Below the pieces are notes generated by a model that worked only from the letters and a program-made list of their open reading frames with translations, did no database searches and was not told where the DNA came from. From Cyanophora paradoxa CCMP329 (taxonomy: Eukaryota; Plantae; Glaucophyta): 64,000 nucleotides of DNA. Location: NCBI GenBank assembly GCA_004431415.1, contig QPMI01000233.1:99214-163213 (forward strand), written 5' to 3'. Every line of letters begins with the position of its first letter. Position 1 is the stretch's first letter. Shown piece after piece: positions 27,201-39,574 of the stretch. The translations under genes were made by a program, and so were the position numbers.

Positions 27201-30200
27201 CGTTTGTTGCCGCGGCCGACTTGATGAATGGCCGCCAAGGAGACGCTGCGCGAAGGTGCGACAGAGTCAGCGGATTCTGGCGAGCTCACGACCACCCCTC
27301 GAAAGAAGTCGCTCACCGGGAGGAATCGTGGCGATGTCGGAATACGTGACAGCTGCCGACTGTAGTCCCGTGGACGCCCTCACGAGCGCTGTGCACGTGA
27401 GGCTGTAGTTTCCGCTGTACTTCGGCTCCACCGTCAGCGACACGTTGGCCCCCGCCACCGCCCCATCGCTGGCATTGACGGCGGCAGCCAACGAGTAGAG
27501 CCGTCCGTCGCCGGAGCAGTTCACCTCCGCCCATGCGACGCTCTGGCCTGGCGTAAAGCTCAGGACGGCCGTTGCGCGAGTCGCGTTCTCCACAGACACC
27601 GCAAGCTGTAACGGGCCCCAGGGCGAAGCTGCCGAACACATCGAAGTCAGCGGTCGTGGGCAGCAAGCCGACATGGGTCTCCAGCTGCAAGCTACGGCCC
27701 TGGCGGGGTCTTGCGAACTATTTTGCGTCAAATCGTTTCAATCCTATCCCGTCTAGAGACATCCATGCTCGCCCTTACGAGCAGTTACAACGCTCGTGAT
27801 CAACTGCAACGCACCCGCAGGGACCCACACTGCGCCGGACGGCACAGCCAGCGCCGACGGAAGGCCCGTCGACCCCCTCACCAGCGCCGTGCACGCCAGC
27901 GTGTAGTTCCCGCTGTATTTCGGCGCCACTGTCAGTGCCACGCTCGCCTCCGCCGCCGCCCCGTCGCTCGCGTTGACGGAAGCGAATGCGGCGTACGGGC
28001 CGCCGTGGCCCGAGCAGTTCAGCTCCGCCCTCGCGACGCTCTGGCCCGGCGTGAACCGCAGCACGGCAGTCACGCGGGTCGCGTTCTCCACAGACACAGC
28101 GACGCTCGACGGGGCCGAAGGCGCCGCTGCGCGCGCGCATAGCGCCGTCAGTCGATTCGCAACGTAACGCACACTATGAACGGGGCGGCGGGGCAGCGCA
28201 TGTGAACCTGCAGGCACGTCGACTGCGAACGCCGACGCTTCCGACGCCAGGCCCGTTGACGCTCGCGCGAGGGCTGAGCACGCCAGCCTGTAGCCTCCCG
28301 TGTACGACGGCGCGACGGCGAGCTCCAGCGCCGTCCCGGAAGCACCTGCATCGGAGACCTCGAAGGTCTCTGCGTACGGTCCGCCGAAGCCCTCGCACGC
28401 CAGCTCCAGCGCCGCTACGCTCTGGCCCGCTGTGAAGTTCAGAAGGACCGAAATGCGTGTCGCGTTTGGAAAAGCCGTTGAATATAAGGACGGACTCCAT
28501 GGGCGCGCTGCATTGCAATCCGCATTAATATTGAAGATTTGTCAATGACGACAATGCAAGCATGGCATACCCGCTTGCACGTTCTGGGAGCCAAGAGACA
28601 CTGACGCTACAACCGCCTGATCGGAAGACACCGCGAAGCAGGTGCAGTTGATGCTGTACGGTCCAGCATATCGCGGCGGAAGCGTTACTTGTATGACGGT
28701 TCGTCTCGCGTCCGTTTCGTATGCCGGTTTCTTCTCGGAGAACGGCCGCATGTCGCTGTCTGCAGTGCAATTCACTTCGAGGATGCTTATTCCACGATTC
28801 GCTGAGAATGATGCGACGACGTCCAGGCTCGTTGCAGATACGCTTGAGCTCACTATCGACGCGAGTAGGAGGGAAGGGGACCCGTCGTCCGCGAGCACGA
28901 CGATGTACGGGGTGAGCGAGTGCGTCCCAAGGTCGGCGTTGCCGGCGTCTGCGATGCGGATGACGTAGTCGCCTGGCCACGTCGCGTTCGGCAGGAGGAA
29001 GGTGCGGTTGCCGCCGCCGCTGCCGCCCTCGACGTAGAAGCTGTCGATCTTGTCGCCCGTCCATGACTGAACCAGCACCATTAAAGGAAACCGCAGAAGA
29101 GCGAGTGCCGGGGGCCGAACGCACCAGAACCTTGTCTTTGGCGCTGGGAAGCAGGTACACGTCCGCGTGGAAAGGCCACGCCGCCGACGTCCACGAGACG
29201 GTAACAGAGCCGTTGGCGAAGAGCTCGAGGCCGTCGACCTGCGGGGCGAGCTCGAGCAGGCGCCCTGGAAAGCAATATTGAGCAATGACGAAAAGCAAGA
29301 CTGAGCGATGATCGAACGCACAGGACTCGACAGCGAATGTCGGCGTGTCGAGCGAGCCGCCGTCGGCGTCCGCCATGGAGAAGTGGAAGAAGTACTGGCC
29401 GCCGTTGACCGCCGCGGGGAGCTGGACCGAGAGGGTCCCGCCAGCAGAGTACAGGATGACGCCAGAGAGCAGCTGGTACTGCGAAGAATGCTCAGTGCCA
29501 GCGCAAATTCTACCAGAGCTTGTTCTACAAAGGAGGACTCGACATCAAAGGAGGAAGCTTAAGTTCAGTTCTTCAAATTTATAATTAGAGGAGGAAGCTT
29601 AAGCTGGCACAAGCTTATGTTAATTAGGCAAACCTGCACGGGGGCGAGCTGGGCGCTGGACGAGACAAGGTACAGGACGGCGGGGCCGAACGCCCGGCTG
29701 AGCGCGGAGTGGCTGACGTTGACGGAAGCGCCCCGCAGAACCGACGAGCTCCCGCCCGGAGCAGGCTGGGTCCAGCTCGCGGTCAGCGGCGCCAGCGTGC
29801 CTGCCGTCCGGATCCGTTGGAGTCGACGTCTTATTATCATGAGCAGTGGAAATCAAATCATGGAACGCACCCTGAAACTTGAACGTTCTCGAGGAGCCGT
29901 CGGCACCAATAGAGCCGCACGATACGAATCTACTTGAGCATTAGAGACGATCAAGCACGTGTGTCGACTCGACGATGCGGGGGGTACGCACAGGGTACAT
30001 GTGGATCCGAATCCAGCCCATCCCGTGTTGTAGATTGGAAAAGAGGCGATATACAAAGGCGTAGTAGAAACGAACTCTTCCTTGCCGTCTTCAATGATTT
30101 GAAGCGGTCAGCTTCAATATACACTCATGTACCTGCCTAGGACGCACCTGCAGGATTGAGCAATATCCTCACAGCGGAAGCCGAGACGGTCCGGACGATC

Positions 30201-32120
30201 AGAAATAGCCCGTTGCATAATGCCAGACCCCTCAGGGCTGAACCGTAACCTGCGTTGATGCTTCCTGCCGCTCGCCACGTCTTCGGGCCCCCGCCCGCCA
30301 GGTCGAGCTCCAGAATTTCGGAAGGATAAACTGCTCGAAACCCCGCGTCAGCCTCTCTTGACATACGTAGATCTACGGCCAAAGGAGATGCTTTTGAAAA
30401 CTGAAAATTCGAAAACCAAAACCAATTTCGAAACGAAAACGTTTTTTAAAAGATCATAGACTGTGCAAGAAGCTCGCTCAGCAGAGTCCAACAATATTCA
30501 CCCGTTGAGCCATTTTCTTTTCTCTGCCCCTCTGCAAAATAGTAATCATGAACAAGTGTTAGAAGCTCGATATCGATTCATACGTATACTAAAACGTTTG
30601 CACCGAAGAGATACCACCTACTCCCTGCAAGGAAGGTGAGACACGCAGGCACTTGAATCTAAATAGGATAAGCACCGACAAGCAAAGATTTGTGCACGGC
30701 CCGCCCCCGCCAAGGGGAAGGCCCCACCGGCGTCACGGTGGCCCAAGTCCGGCTGCTCAACGAGTAGCTGCAACGCAGCTGTCAGCAACACGCGCTCGTT
30801 TCGGTGGGGTACAGAGTACATCTCTGTTAAGGTTAATAGAGATTTAATATAGATAGCAGCGTATCTATGTAGCTAACATGTATGTAGTAAGGGGGGGTCT
30901 CTGTTCTTACCGGTAAATGAGGTCGCTGATGTAAACCACGCCGCCACTCCAGAACTGCCCGCCTGCCACCTAGAAAGGGCAAGCTAGACTGTAAGAGGAC
31001 AGTTTCGCACAAACTAGACTATGATTGAGGGGACTAGCCCGCCCGCAATCTTGAAAAGCCGGCGGGCGAAAGGTTTTGGCTGTTTCGTAGCTCAAACTAA
31101 ATTTAAAGCTTATGCCGCCGAGCTTCAGTTACGAACCCAGATGCTTCCGTTGAAGAAGGTCATGGCTGGAGGGCTTTCAGCAGGCACGGTGGCCGCAGAG
31201 ACACGCGGTCAGATAGCAGCTCTTACCGTGGTACTCCAATCCATTAGGAGCAGGGAACGGCTGCGTGTAGCTCGTGAAATTCGTGTCGAAGCTCCAGATA
31301 CTCCCTGCGGCCGTGCAGTATATGGTCTGCTCCAAGTCCCAAACGCAAGAGACTTGGTTGTACTTAGGAGATCCCACAGGGGCTTGAGTCCACTGAGCTG
31401 TCTCTGCTCTCGGCGTGCCTCAGCTCGAGCTCGATCGAGAGATGTAATTAGTCATGAGGTTTGGAAAGAAGCTCGCACCTACGTCCATTATCCACACTTC
31501 GTAGTAATAGTTCGGATACCCATTGGACCCGCCGACGACGGCGATTTTCGGCCGCTGGTCGGGGGCGCGATACGAGACGACGCCGTGATTGTAGCGCCCC
31601 GCGAAGGGGCCCGCCGTGGTCTCCGCGAAGGACACCCCGTAGCCTGCGCCGGACAGGGCGCGAGGTCAGCGGCGCGTCAGTCGAACGCGCACGGAGCACA
31701 GAGCTGGGAGATGGCCTCAGGTAGCGCACCTTGGCCGAGGGCGCCCGGGAGGAGCCCGCACAGGAGCAGCAGCGCGAGCAGCGCCCGCCGCGCGGGGCCC
31801 GCGAGCGGGGCCGGGTCTCGGCGGCCCAGGCCGAGGCCGAGGCTGGCCCTGGGGCCATGGCCGAGGACAGGGCCCGCGAGGGACGCAGTCGCCGCGTGGG
31901 TTCGAGGCCGCGGCCGGCCGGAGGCGGCTGCGGTAGCTGGCGTCTCCGACCATATGCATGGGCCTCGGTAGCTGGTAGCTGGCGTTTCCGACCCTCGGCC
32001 TCGGCCGGTCCCCCACTGGGCGGGCCCGGGCGCTCCACAAAAAGCACCGGCCGCGGGCGGCAGAGCTAGAGGCCCAGGCCTAGCTGTCGGCCTTTCTTGC
32101 TCTAACGCGTGTAGCTGCAT
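12297..32120 (-). CDS. Giant single-pass receptor-like Ser/Thr kinase: SP - kelch propeller - 2 Kre9/Knh1-like beta domains - ~28 Ig-like repeats - kelch propeller - Ser/Pro stalk - SEA-like - TM - kinase
   Basis: Signal peptide ALLALLLLCGLLPGALGQ (~31730-31790). TM VAALLAAVLLFVYV-RRKRR (~15060-15150). Spliced kinase exons at ~12700-14600 give GEGAFGRVY, RAVKE, CRHPNVL, GLAYLHH..VAHRDLKPQNILL, VCDFGISR, RGTLLYMPPE, DVWAFGIVLTEMLTG, CLEKKPHKRPSF. Stop at 12297-12299. Start codon uncertain (nearest in-frame ATG at 32120). Confidence 0.85.
18170..28510 (-). repeat. Intragenic tandem array, ~1,266-1,272-bp unit made of three ~100-codon exons (B-A-C) plus their introns
   Basis: Marker CGAACTATTTTGCGTCAAATC at ~20101, 21373, 22639, 23909, 25175, 26447 and 27714; near-identical ORFs recur in the ORF track. 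Confidence 0.97.
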
Positions 32121-33376
32121 GCGCACTGAGATACTGCGGCGGATCAGCTATAGCTAGCGGTGCTGCCTGCAGCGCCGGAGGGTCGCCGGCCGATGGTGGG
32201 TGGCTGACACTGGCTGTCTGGCTCTGCCTAGCTATGAACGCTGCGTACGCTTGGCTGATAGCTGATGTGCTCAAAGCTGTAAATGCGCGTCGTTAGCTAG
32301 CTAAACCGCTGGAGCCGCGGCGCTGCACACATATGCATGTCTGTGGCACCCAGGCCTAGGCGACCTAATCAGCGCGCCGTTAGCCGCATATGTATATATA
32401 CGCGTGCCGCGCCGCTGCGGGTGCGCGGGCCGGGGTGCAAAGCCTCACCGCACACGTCCAAAACGCATCCACACGCATATATACGCATATGCATAACACG
32501 AGGAAGCGGCGCGCCCGGCTCGGCGCCACCCGCGCCTGAAGGCCGCGCCGCTTTGAACATGATCACTGGCATCGCGATCGAATCATGATGAAGACCGTCG
32601 GACTCCCGGGCCCCGGCGTTCCATCCGCGTCGCGAGGAATCTTCGCGCGAGCTTCGAGCTGCCTGCCAGGCAGCGGGCCTCAGGGCCTGCGGCGCGGACC
32701 GGATGTCAGCGGATGATCGATATCAGCGGAAGATCCGATGATCAGCCGCTGAGCCACCGCGCGCCGGCACGTCTCACCGTGGCACCGCTGGCGGCGTACG
32801 GCGTACGCGCAGCGGCGGTGGCGCACTGCGGGCCTCTGCGCCGTGCGGCACTGCGGCAGCTCACTGTCACCGTGGCACTGAGTCCGACGGTCAGCAGCGC
32901 CGGGCCGCAGGCCCGCACTGCGGCAGCGCTGCGGGAGCGCTAGCCATGCGGCGTACGCGTGGGCCCGGGGGGGTAGACTGTACTAGACCGCAATTGCAAT
33001 CAGCCATTCGGTGCACCGAATCCACCGATCGCGAAGCCCCCTTACTAATCTACTAAATTTTGGGCGATCTACAGTCATCTACTAATTATATAAATATTTC
33101 CCGCCTGCTGAAGCCGGGATTTCTTAGGGGTAGCCCCGGCCGTCTTCGCCATACAAAGGTTCTGCTAATTATACTGACACACATCATCTTAGATTCATCT
33201 AGATCTAATGAAGTTTGACCAGCTGCTAAAGTGGCAGTTTTGGCGAAGTACTAATTATTTTCCCGTACAAAATTAGCTAGTTCTAGACCACTGAGGCCAT
33301 TCATTAGCAAATCATGAATCGACTGGTCGCCGAAAAAAGTAACGGCAGATCAAGCCCAGACAAGCCGAGGGCTAGA

Positions 33377-34372
33377 ATGTTGGGCTTCAGGCTTGCTTTG
33401 GGGTACTACAGTGCGACTGGCCGGGTACTTGTACGATGCTGCGGTTCGCCCCCGCCTCGCTCCGCAGGGCCGCCTCTGACGGGCGCGCGAGCTCAGAAGG
33501 ACGATTGGGATCGCCTGCCGAGCGGGCCGGGGCAGCGTCTGGCGCGCGGCCGACGCAGCCCGCGCGTCCGCCGCCGCGACGGCGCCGCGTGCTCACATCT
33601 TCACCGCATCGATGGCGAGGGTGCATCTGCGTGCAGGCTCCACCCCTGCGACGCTGATCGCGCTGCTGGCAGTTCGCCGACGCTAGGCAACCCACGAGCC
33701 CCGGAGGCGAGGCGGAGGGCGCCGTCAGCGATCCGTGGCCGGCGGACGCCATAGACTCGTGGCCTGCGGGCTCCGCCACGTGAGCCCGCCGCCCGCCGTG
33801 CCATCGCCGCCTGCTCATTTGCGCAGCTCGCCGCTCGAGGCCGATGGCACCGGCGGCCTGAGCTTCGGGGACATGGACAGCGGTGGCTTCGGGGCCATGG
33901 ACAGCGGTGTCGACCCTCTTCTCGACTCGCCACAGCCGCTTCGTCAGCGGCGCGTCGCGGCCGAGCCCACGCTCCCGCTCCCTGGGAACCCGGGCAAGGA
34001 CTACGACTGCGAGTTCGGTGCGGCCCGCCGCGCTCGCCTTGCCCCTTCCGCAGTGTGAGCCTTAGATTCTCGCCCGCGCAGACGAGCTGCGGGACACGTG
34101 CAACTTCCATACGGAGTGGGAGGACTTGCTGAAGCCCAGCGACTACATTTACAAGGCGCGGCCGTCCGCGCCGCGCCGCGCCACGCCGCGCACTGCGGCA
34201 GCGCCGCGCTGCCGCTGACGCCTTCGTGCAGGAGATGAAGATCAAGAGCCTGCGCAGCACGCCGCTGGACGCCCCGACGCTGAGCAAGGACCCCAAGAAG
34301 TCGAAGCAGATCATGCAGGCGTGGCTTGCGGAGATGGAGAAGCAGGGCTTCATAGAGAAGGTCGAGAACTAG
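33377..34372 (+). CDS. Hypothetical protein with organellar (mitochondrial-like) transit peptide
   Basis: Spliced MLGFRLALGRTIGIACRAGRGSVWRAADAARASAAA... (Arg/Ala-rich N-terminus) through DELRDTCNFHTEWEDLLKPSDYIYK|EMKIKS...GFIEKVEN*; one GC-AG intron (34156-34231). Confidence 0.6.
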
Positions 34373-34739
34373 CCGAATTCTCTCTAAGTTCTGGTATTTC
34401 TGAGTGCATTCGAGTTTCGGATCCGCATTGGACGCGTGCGCTGCCACCGGCGCCCTACTCCTGGGAGTCCCGGGGTAGCCCTTTGCGGCCCAAAAGCTAT
34501 ACGATTAGAGCCCGCACCGCCCAGCCCGCGCAGCTTCGCGCCGCGCGGAGGAAAAGCTCGAATCAAAGCAATTGCAAGATCCTAACAATGACAGAGACAG
34601 ACGGGGCCTAGACGTGGTTGGATGTGCATATGCACGCAAAGGGCGTCGTGAACGAGGAGCGGATGCCCTTGAACCACGAGGCGAAGGCGTGCAGCACGGG
34701 AGACTGCACCTCCTGCACCTGCGATCGAATTCCGTTGGA

Positions 34740-36144
34740 TCAAATCGCAACTCGGTCCGCTGGGATTCGAACCTCGCCCTCCTCGCGGACCGCCGTGAGG
34801 TAGAAGACGCGACCTACGCCCGCGGCGCCGCGCATGGGTACGGGCGCCGTCCACCGCCTGCGCCGCCGCCGCCCCGGCCCCGATCAAATTCCGCGGATCG
34901 AATTGGCGCCCCGGCGGCCGTACCCGTAGGAGGCGTCGGCCTCGCCCGGTGACGTCACGCAGAGGACCTCCCAGGGTCCCCCCGCCCGCTCCAGAAGCGT
35001 CTCGGGGTCGTCGTCGCCCGAGCGCCACTGGGACATGATGGAGGAGGGGTCGGCGGCCGTCGCGCGCTTCCAGCTCGCCTCGTTCACGAGGCTCGCCCCG
35101 AGGAACGACGAGGGCGCCGCGAGGCGCGAGACGCCGTTCAGGAGCGCCAGGACCTCTTCAGGCGAGAGGTACATGAGGAGGCCCTCCAGGACCCAGACGG
35201 AGGGGTTCGCCGGGCTGAACCCCGCCGAGACGAGCGCCGTGCTCCAAGACGGCTGCGAAAGGTCCGCCGTGACCGCCTGGTAGGACCTGCACGCGAGCGG
35301 CTCCCCCCGCATTTTCCCCTCCTTGTACTCAAGCACGGCCTCCTGGTCCACCTCGTACACGGTCGTGTTCTCGGGCCACTGCAGTCGCCACGCCCTCGTG
35401 TCCATGCCTGTGTGTGTGCGAGCGCGTGTGAAAGCACGTCAGGCGGGTCGCCGCGTGCGGCGCCAGTCGCCCGCCGGTGCGGCGCGGCCTCCGCACCTGC
35501 GCCGAGAAGCACGACCTGCACGAGTCCGCCGCCGGATGCGGAGCTGAGCGCCTGGGCGGACTGCTGTGCGAAGTCGTCGAAGTATCTGCGCGGCGCCGGC
35601 GCGGACGTTCGGGTCGCGGTTGCGACGCGCGGCTAGGCTGCGGCTGCGGTCGTGTGCACCTTGTCCTGATTGCTATCCGCGGCCTTCGCGCGGGTGTCAC
35701 GTCGAAGAGAACGCTTGGGCAAAACGACGAAAGCGCCGCACCTGGTCTCGTCCTCGTCGGCCTGTCGGCGGTCGGCGGGTGGTGCGTCGGGCGCTTGCGC
35801 CCGTGCTCGTCGCCTTGCATCCCTGAATTCGAACGCCTCGGGTCCTGCCAGACGCTCCGCAAACGGATCATTAAAGAGTCTGTCATCACGGCGGCTCTCC
35901 TGCGGCGGCGTTGGTACGGACGGCGCCGTGGCTCGTAGCATGCCGACGCACGATAGCACGCGAAGCTGCAATGATGCGGGCGGAGAATACGACGAGTTCT
36001 TTGGGGTCTGTGGGGGCGCCGGCCGCGAGGGCAGCGGCTTGGTTCGCAAGCGACAGCTTGACCTGCGGGCGACGTTACCAGGCGCTCGCTCCAGCCGCCG
36101 CCGACGTAAAATACCTGCGGGGACGACGGCGTCGCCAGCGCCAT
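34740..36144 (-). CDS. SAM-dependent methyltransferase, LCM/YktD-like family
   Basis: Spliced AASRAI|ESRRDDRLFNDPFAERLAG...IAIRTRYFDD...QVVLLGAGMDTRAWRL...VYEVD...WVLEGLLMYL; exact 3' end uncertain (~34600-34740). Confidence 0.88.
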
Positions 36145-36204
36145 GCCTGGTTGCAGTCTTTGGGGGTACGGGTTCGTGCAGGCCGCCGTGTACCCCGCAG
36201 GCGG

Positions 36205-36216
36205 CAACGGTAACGG
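36205..36216 (+). promoter_or_regulatory. Tandem MSA/MYB-like motifs (CAACGG TAACGG) directly upstream of TPX2
   Basis: Two AACGG cores within ~17 nt upstream of the ATG of a mitotic gene, inside a 77-bp bidirectional spacer. Confidence 0.4.
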
Positions 36217-36221
36217 AAAGA

Positions 36222-39200
36222 ATGCAGCCGAGCAGCGCCAGCTCGGCGCTCGATGATGTTCTAGAGAGCATCAACGCCCCCAACTTCGTAGATTTCAACG
36301 GGGAGGCAACCTGGACCGGCGATCGGTGGTTCGGTGCGCGCTGCGAGTCCTTTGCGCCCTCGGGGCCTCCCCTGACGAGCCGCATGCGCTGATGCAGACA
36401 TGCACGGCGCGTACACGCCGTCGGGGCTCGCCCGGTCTCGTCCCTTCGTCCCCCAGACACCCGAGCTGAACAAAGAGAACCCCGGCGTCCTCAGCAGCCC
36501 GGCTCAGCAGACGCCCGTGTCGGCCAGGAAGACTCCGATCTCATCTAGAAAGACGCCAGCAGTGCAGCCGTGCCGCACGCCACTCCGAGTCGTGCAGGCG
36601 ACCGAGCAAGGCACTGTCGACAAGCAGCGCCTCTATCCGACCCCGGAAAAGCCTTCCGGCGGTGCGCAGCCACCTGATGATTTTGCAGAGGGATGTGGGA
36701 CTCACGCGAGCTGCCCGCAGGCGCTGGAACAGAGCAAGCGAAGAGTGACAGGACGGAGGGCGGGGCGGACGCGCCGGAGGCAGATTCGTTCGACGTGATT
36801 GAGATCGACTTCGGAGACGGCTCCGAGCACGTGGACGAGGCGGCGGGCGGCGAGGCGCCCCCCGCGGTCGCCGCGCTCATGCAGGACGACGGCACCGCGG
36901 TGCAGGCCGCGCAGCCGCAGGAAGAGGGCCGGCCCTCGCACGAAGGCCCGATCCCGGCCTGGCTCGTGGTCGAAGACGCGGAGGAGGCCGGAGAGAAGCG
37001 CGAGGAGGCGCCCGCCGCGCCCCGCCCGGCGCCCGCCGCACCCGTGCCCGCGCCCGCCCCCGGCAACCTCCGCTCTGTCCCGTGGTGCGCCGACCTGCCC
37101 CGCCCGATTGCGAGGCGCCCTCCGATTTTCGCTGGGACGCAGGGCCACCACGATAGACGTGGCGCCGGCGGCCAAGAAGCAGGCCCCGGTGCTCCGCCCG
37201 CGCCCCTCGTCGGCGCGCGCCCCGGCGGCCCCAACCGCGGCGAGCAAGGCCCGCGCGGCCCGCGCGAGCGTCGCGGTCCAGCCGAAGGCTGCGGCGGCGA
37301 AGGCGCCGGCGCAAAGGGCGCGGCCCAGCACGGCGCCGGCGGCCGCCCGCGCGCCCGCGCGCCTCGGAGCGGCCCAGCAGCGCCGGGCGCCGGGCGGTGA
37401 GCGTCCTCCGCGGCCGCGCAAGCCGCGTGGAGGAGCCGGCGGCCCGTCGCCGCGCGGCGTCGCTCTCGCCGCTGCGGGAGGAGGGCGAGGATGCGGGGCT
37501 CGCGCGGGCGGGCCCCCCGACCCTGCGGACGACCTCGCGGCTGCGCGGGAAGCGCGAGGCGAGCACGGAGGAGCGCGAGATGGAGGTCTCGCGCAAGGGG
37601 CGCGAGTTCGCCGCGTCCCTCAAGGAGCTTAACCGCCGCATGATGGAGAAGGTGCGACGAGATTCGAATTCGAACTCGAGATTTGATCCGGAATTTGATC
37701 CCGGATTCGATCCAGGCGCTGGTGGGCGACGGCCTCCGCCCGAACCTCCACTCGACCAAGGAGCTCACGCGCCCGCACGAGCCGCGCCTCCGCACCGCCG
37801 AGCGCACCACGCTGGTGCGCCCGGTCCGGCGCGCCGCGGCCGGCCGGCTGACGCGCGCCGCGCCGGGCGGGTTCGGGCAGTCCGGGGACGGCCGCAGCAC
37901 GTCGGCGGGCCGGAGCCGCTCGGCGACTCGGCGCGAGACGGAGACGCCCCGCGGGGATTACATCCCGCTTGCCCAGGTCCAACCGCCCCGCCCCCGCCCC
38001 GCCCCCGCCCCGCCCCCGCCCCGCCCAGCGTGCGCCCCGCTCGGCTGAGACCGCCCCCGCCCGCCCGCCTCCGCGCAGTCGGTCGAGCGGTTCCTGACGA
38101 AGACGCCGACGCGCTTCCACAGCAAGCCGCGGGCGCAGGACAAGCCCTCGCCCCCGCCCAAGGCGGTCCCGCACTCGACGGTGCCCGTGGCCCCCGCGCT
38201 GGCGACCGACACGCGCGTGGGGCGCAAGCCGGCGCCCCCGCGCACGAGCGACGTCGAGGCGGAGGAGGCGCGGCGCCTGGCGGGGAGCTTCAAGGCCCGC
38301 CCCCTGGACCGCCGCGTCCTGGAAAGCCGCGGCGACCTCGGCGTGCCTCGCGTCCCCAAGAAGCCCACGACGGAGGCGCACGAGCCTCAGCTGCGGACGG
38401 CGCAGCGGGCGACGGCGCAGCTGAACGCGTCGGCGCTCAGCGAGGCGGCCGAGCTCGAGCGCTCCTTCAAGGCCCGGCCCTACAACGCCAAGCGCATGGC
38501 CGCCGCCGAGATGCCGCCGCCGCCCCCGCGGGCGCCCCTCACCGAGCCCCAGTCGCCGGCCCTCGCCACCCGCCAGCGCGCCAGCGTCCGCCCCAAGGCC
38601 GAGGCGCCCGCCCCGCCGCCGGCCTTCCGCGCCCGCCCCATGCCGGTGCCCGAGCCGCCCCGCCCGGAGGCGCGCCCGGCGCCCAAGGCGCCCACCTCGC
38701 CCGAGCCCTTCCGCCTCGCGACGGAGGAGCGCGGGGCGGCGCGCCGCGCCGAGTGGCTCGCCGCCGTCGAGACGGAGATGCGGCAGGAGGCGGCCGCGCG
38801 CGAGTTCCGCGCCCGCGAGATGCCCGTCGGGAGCCCCATGCGCGTCGTCTACCCGGAGCACGCCATCGAGGTGCGCGCCCGGCCCTCGCCCTCGCGCGAT
38901 TTTCCTCCCCGCCGACGCGCCCGCCCCGAACCCGCCCCGGCAGGTGAAACCCTTCAGCGTCTCGCTGGAGCGCGTGGAGCTGGCCAAGGCCCGCATGGCG
39001 GCGCTGATCGCCGAGAAGGCGCGGCGCATCCAGGAGGAGGCGGAGTTCCACGCGCGCGCCTGGGACCGCGACCGGGCGGAGGACTACTGGACGCCGCACC
39101 TCGACAACCGGCCGCCCGTGCAGCCCGAGGAGCCGGGCCTGCACTCCTCCGAGCGCGCCGAGCGGCGCCGCCAGTTCGACGCCGTCATGGCCGCCAAGGA

Positions 39201-39574
39201 GGCCGAGATCGCCGCCGCCCGCTCCGAGCTCCTCGCCGCCAAGGAGGCGCGCCCGCCCGCCCCCTCGCCCTCAGTGACTCGATTTCGAATCTAAATTTTC
39301 CCTCCGCGCACGCGCGCGCAGGAGGAGGAGCGGCGCGAGGTCGCCGAGATGCGCCGCTCGATGGTGCACCACGCGGAGCCGATCCGCCGGTCAGCGGCGC
39401 CCCTTCCATAGATTATTCCCGCCCTCCTCTGACGCCAGGGCGCGCAGGTACAAGCCGACGGCGATCACGCGCTCGACGGCGCCGCTGACCGAGCCCAAGA
39501 CGCCGACGCTGGAGACGACCCGCCGCACCCGCTCCCGCACCAACGGCGCCGACGAAAGCTTCGCCCTCGCGTGA
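36222..39574 (+). CDS. TPX2: TPX2-like spindle assembly factor
   Basis: N-terminal INAPNFVDF...DRWF resembles the Aurora-A-binding motif; repeated FKARP and T.P..P.L.T motifs; C-terminal EVAEMRRSMVHHAEPIRRYKP...PLTEPKTP TPX2 domain. Confidence 0.88.

Noticed and set aside
18170-28510. Tandem array as CRISPR or non-coding satellite
   Set aside because: Units are ~1.27 kb with splice sites and open exons; no short repeat-spacer structure or cas genes.
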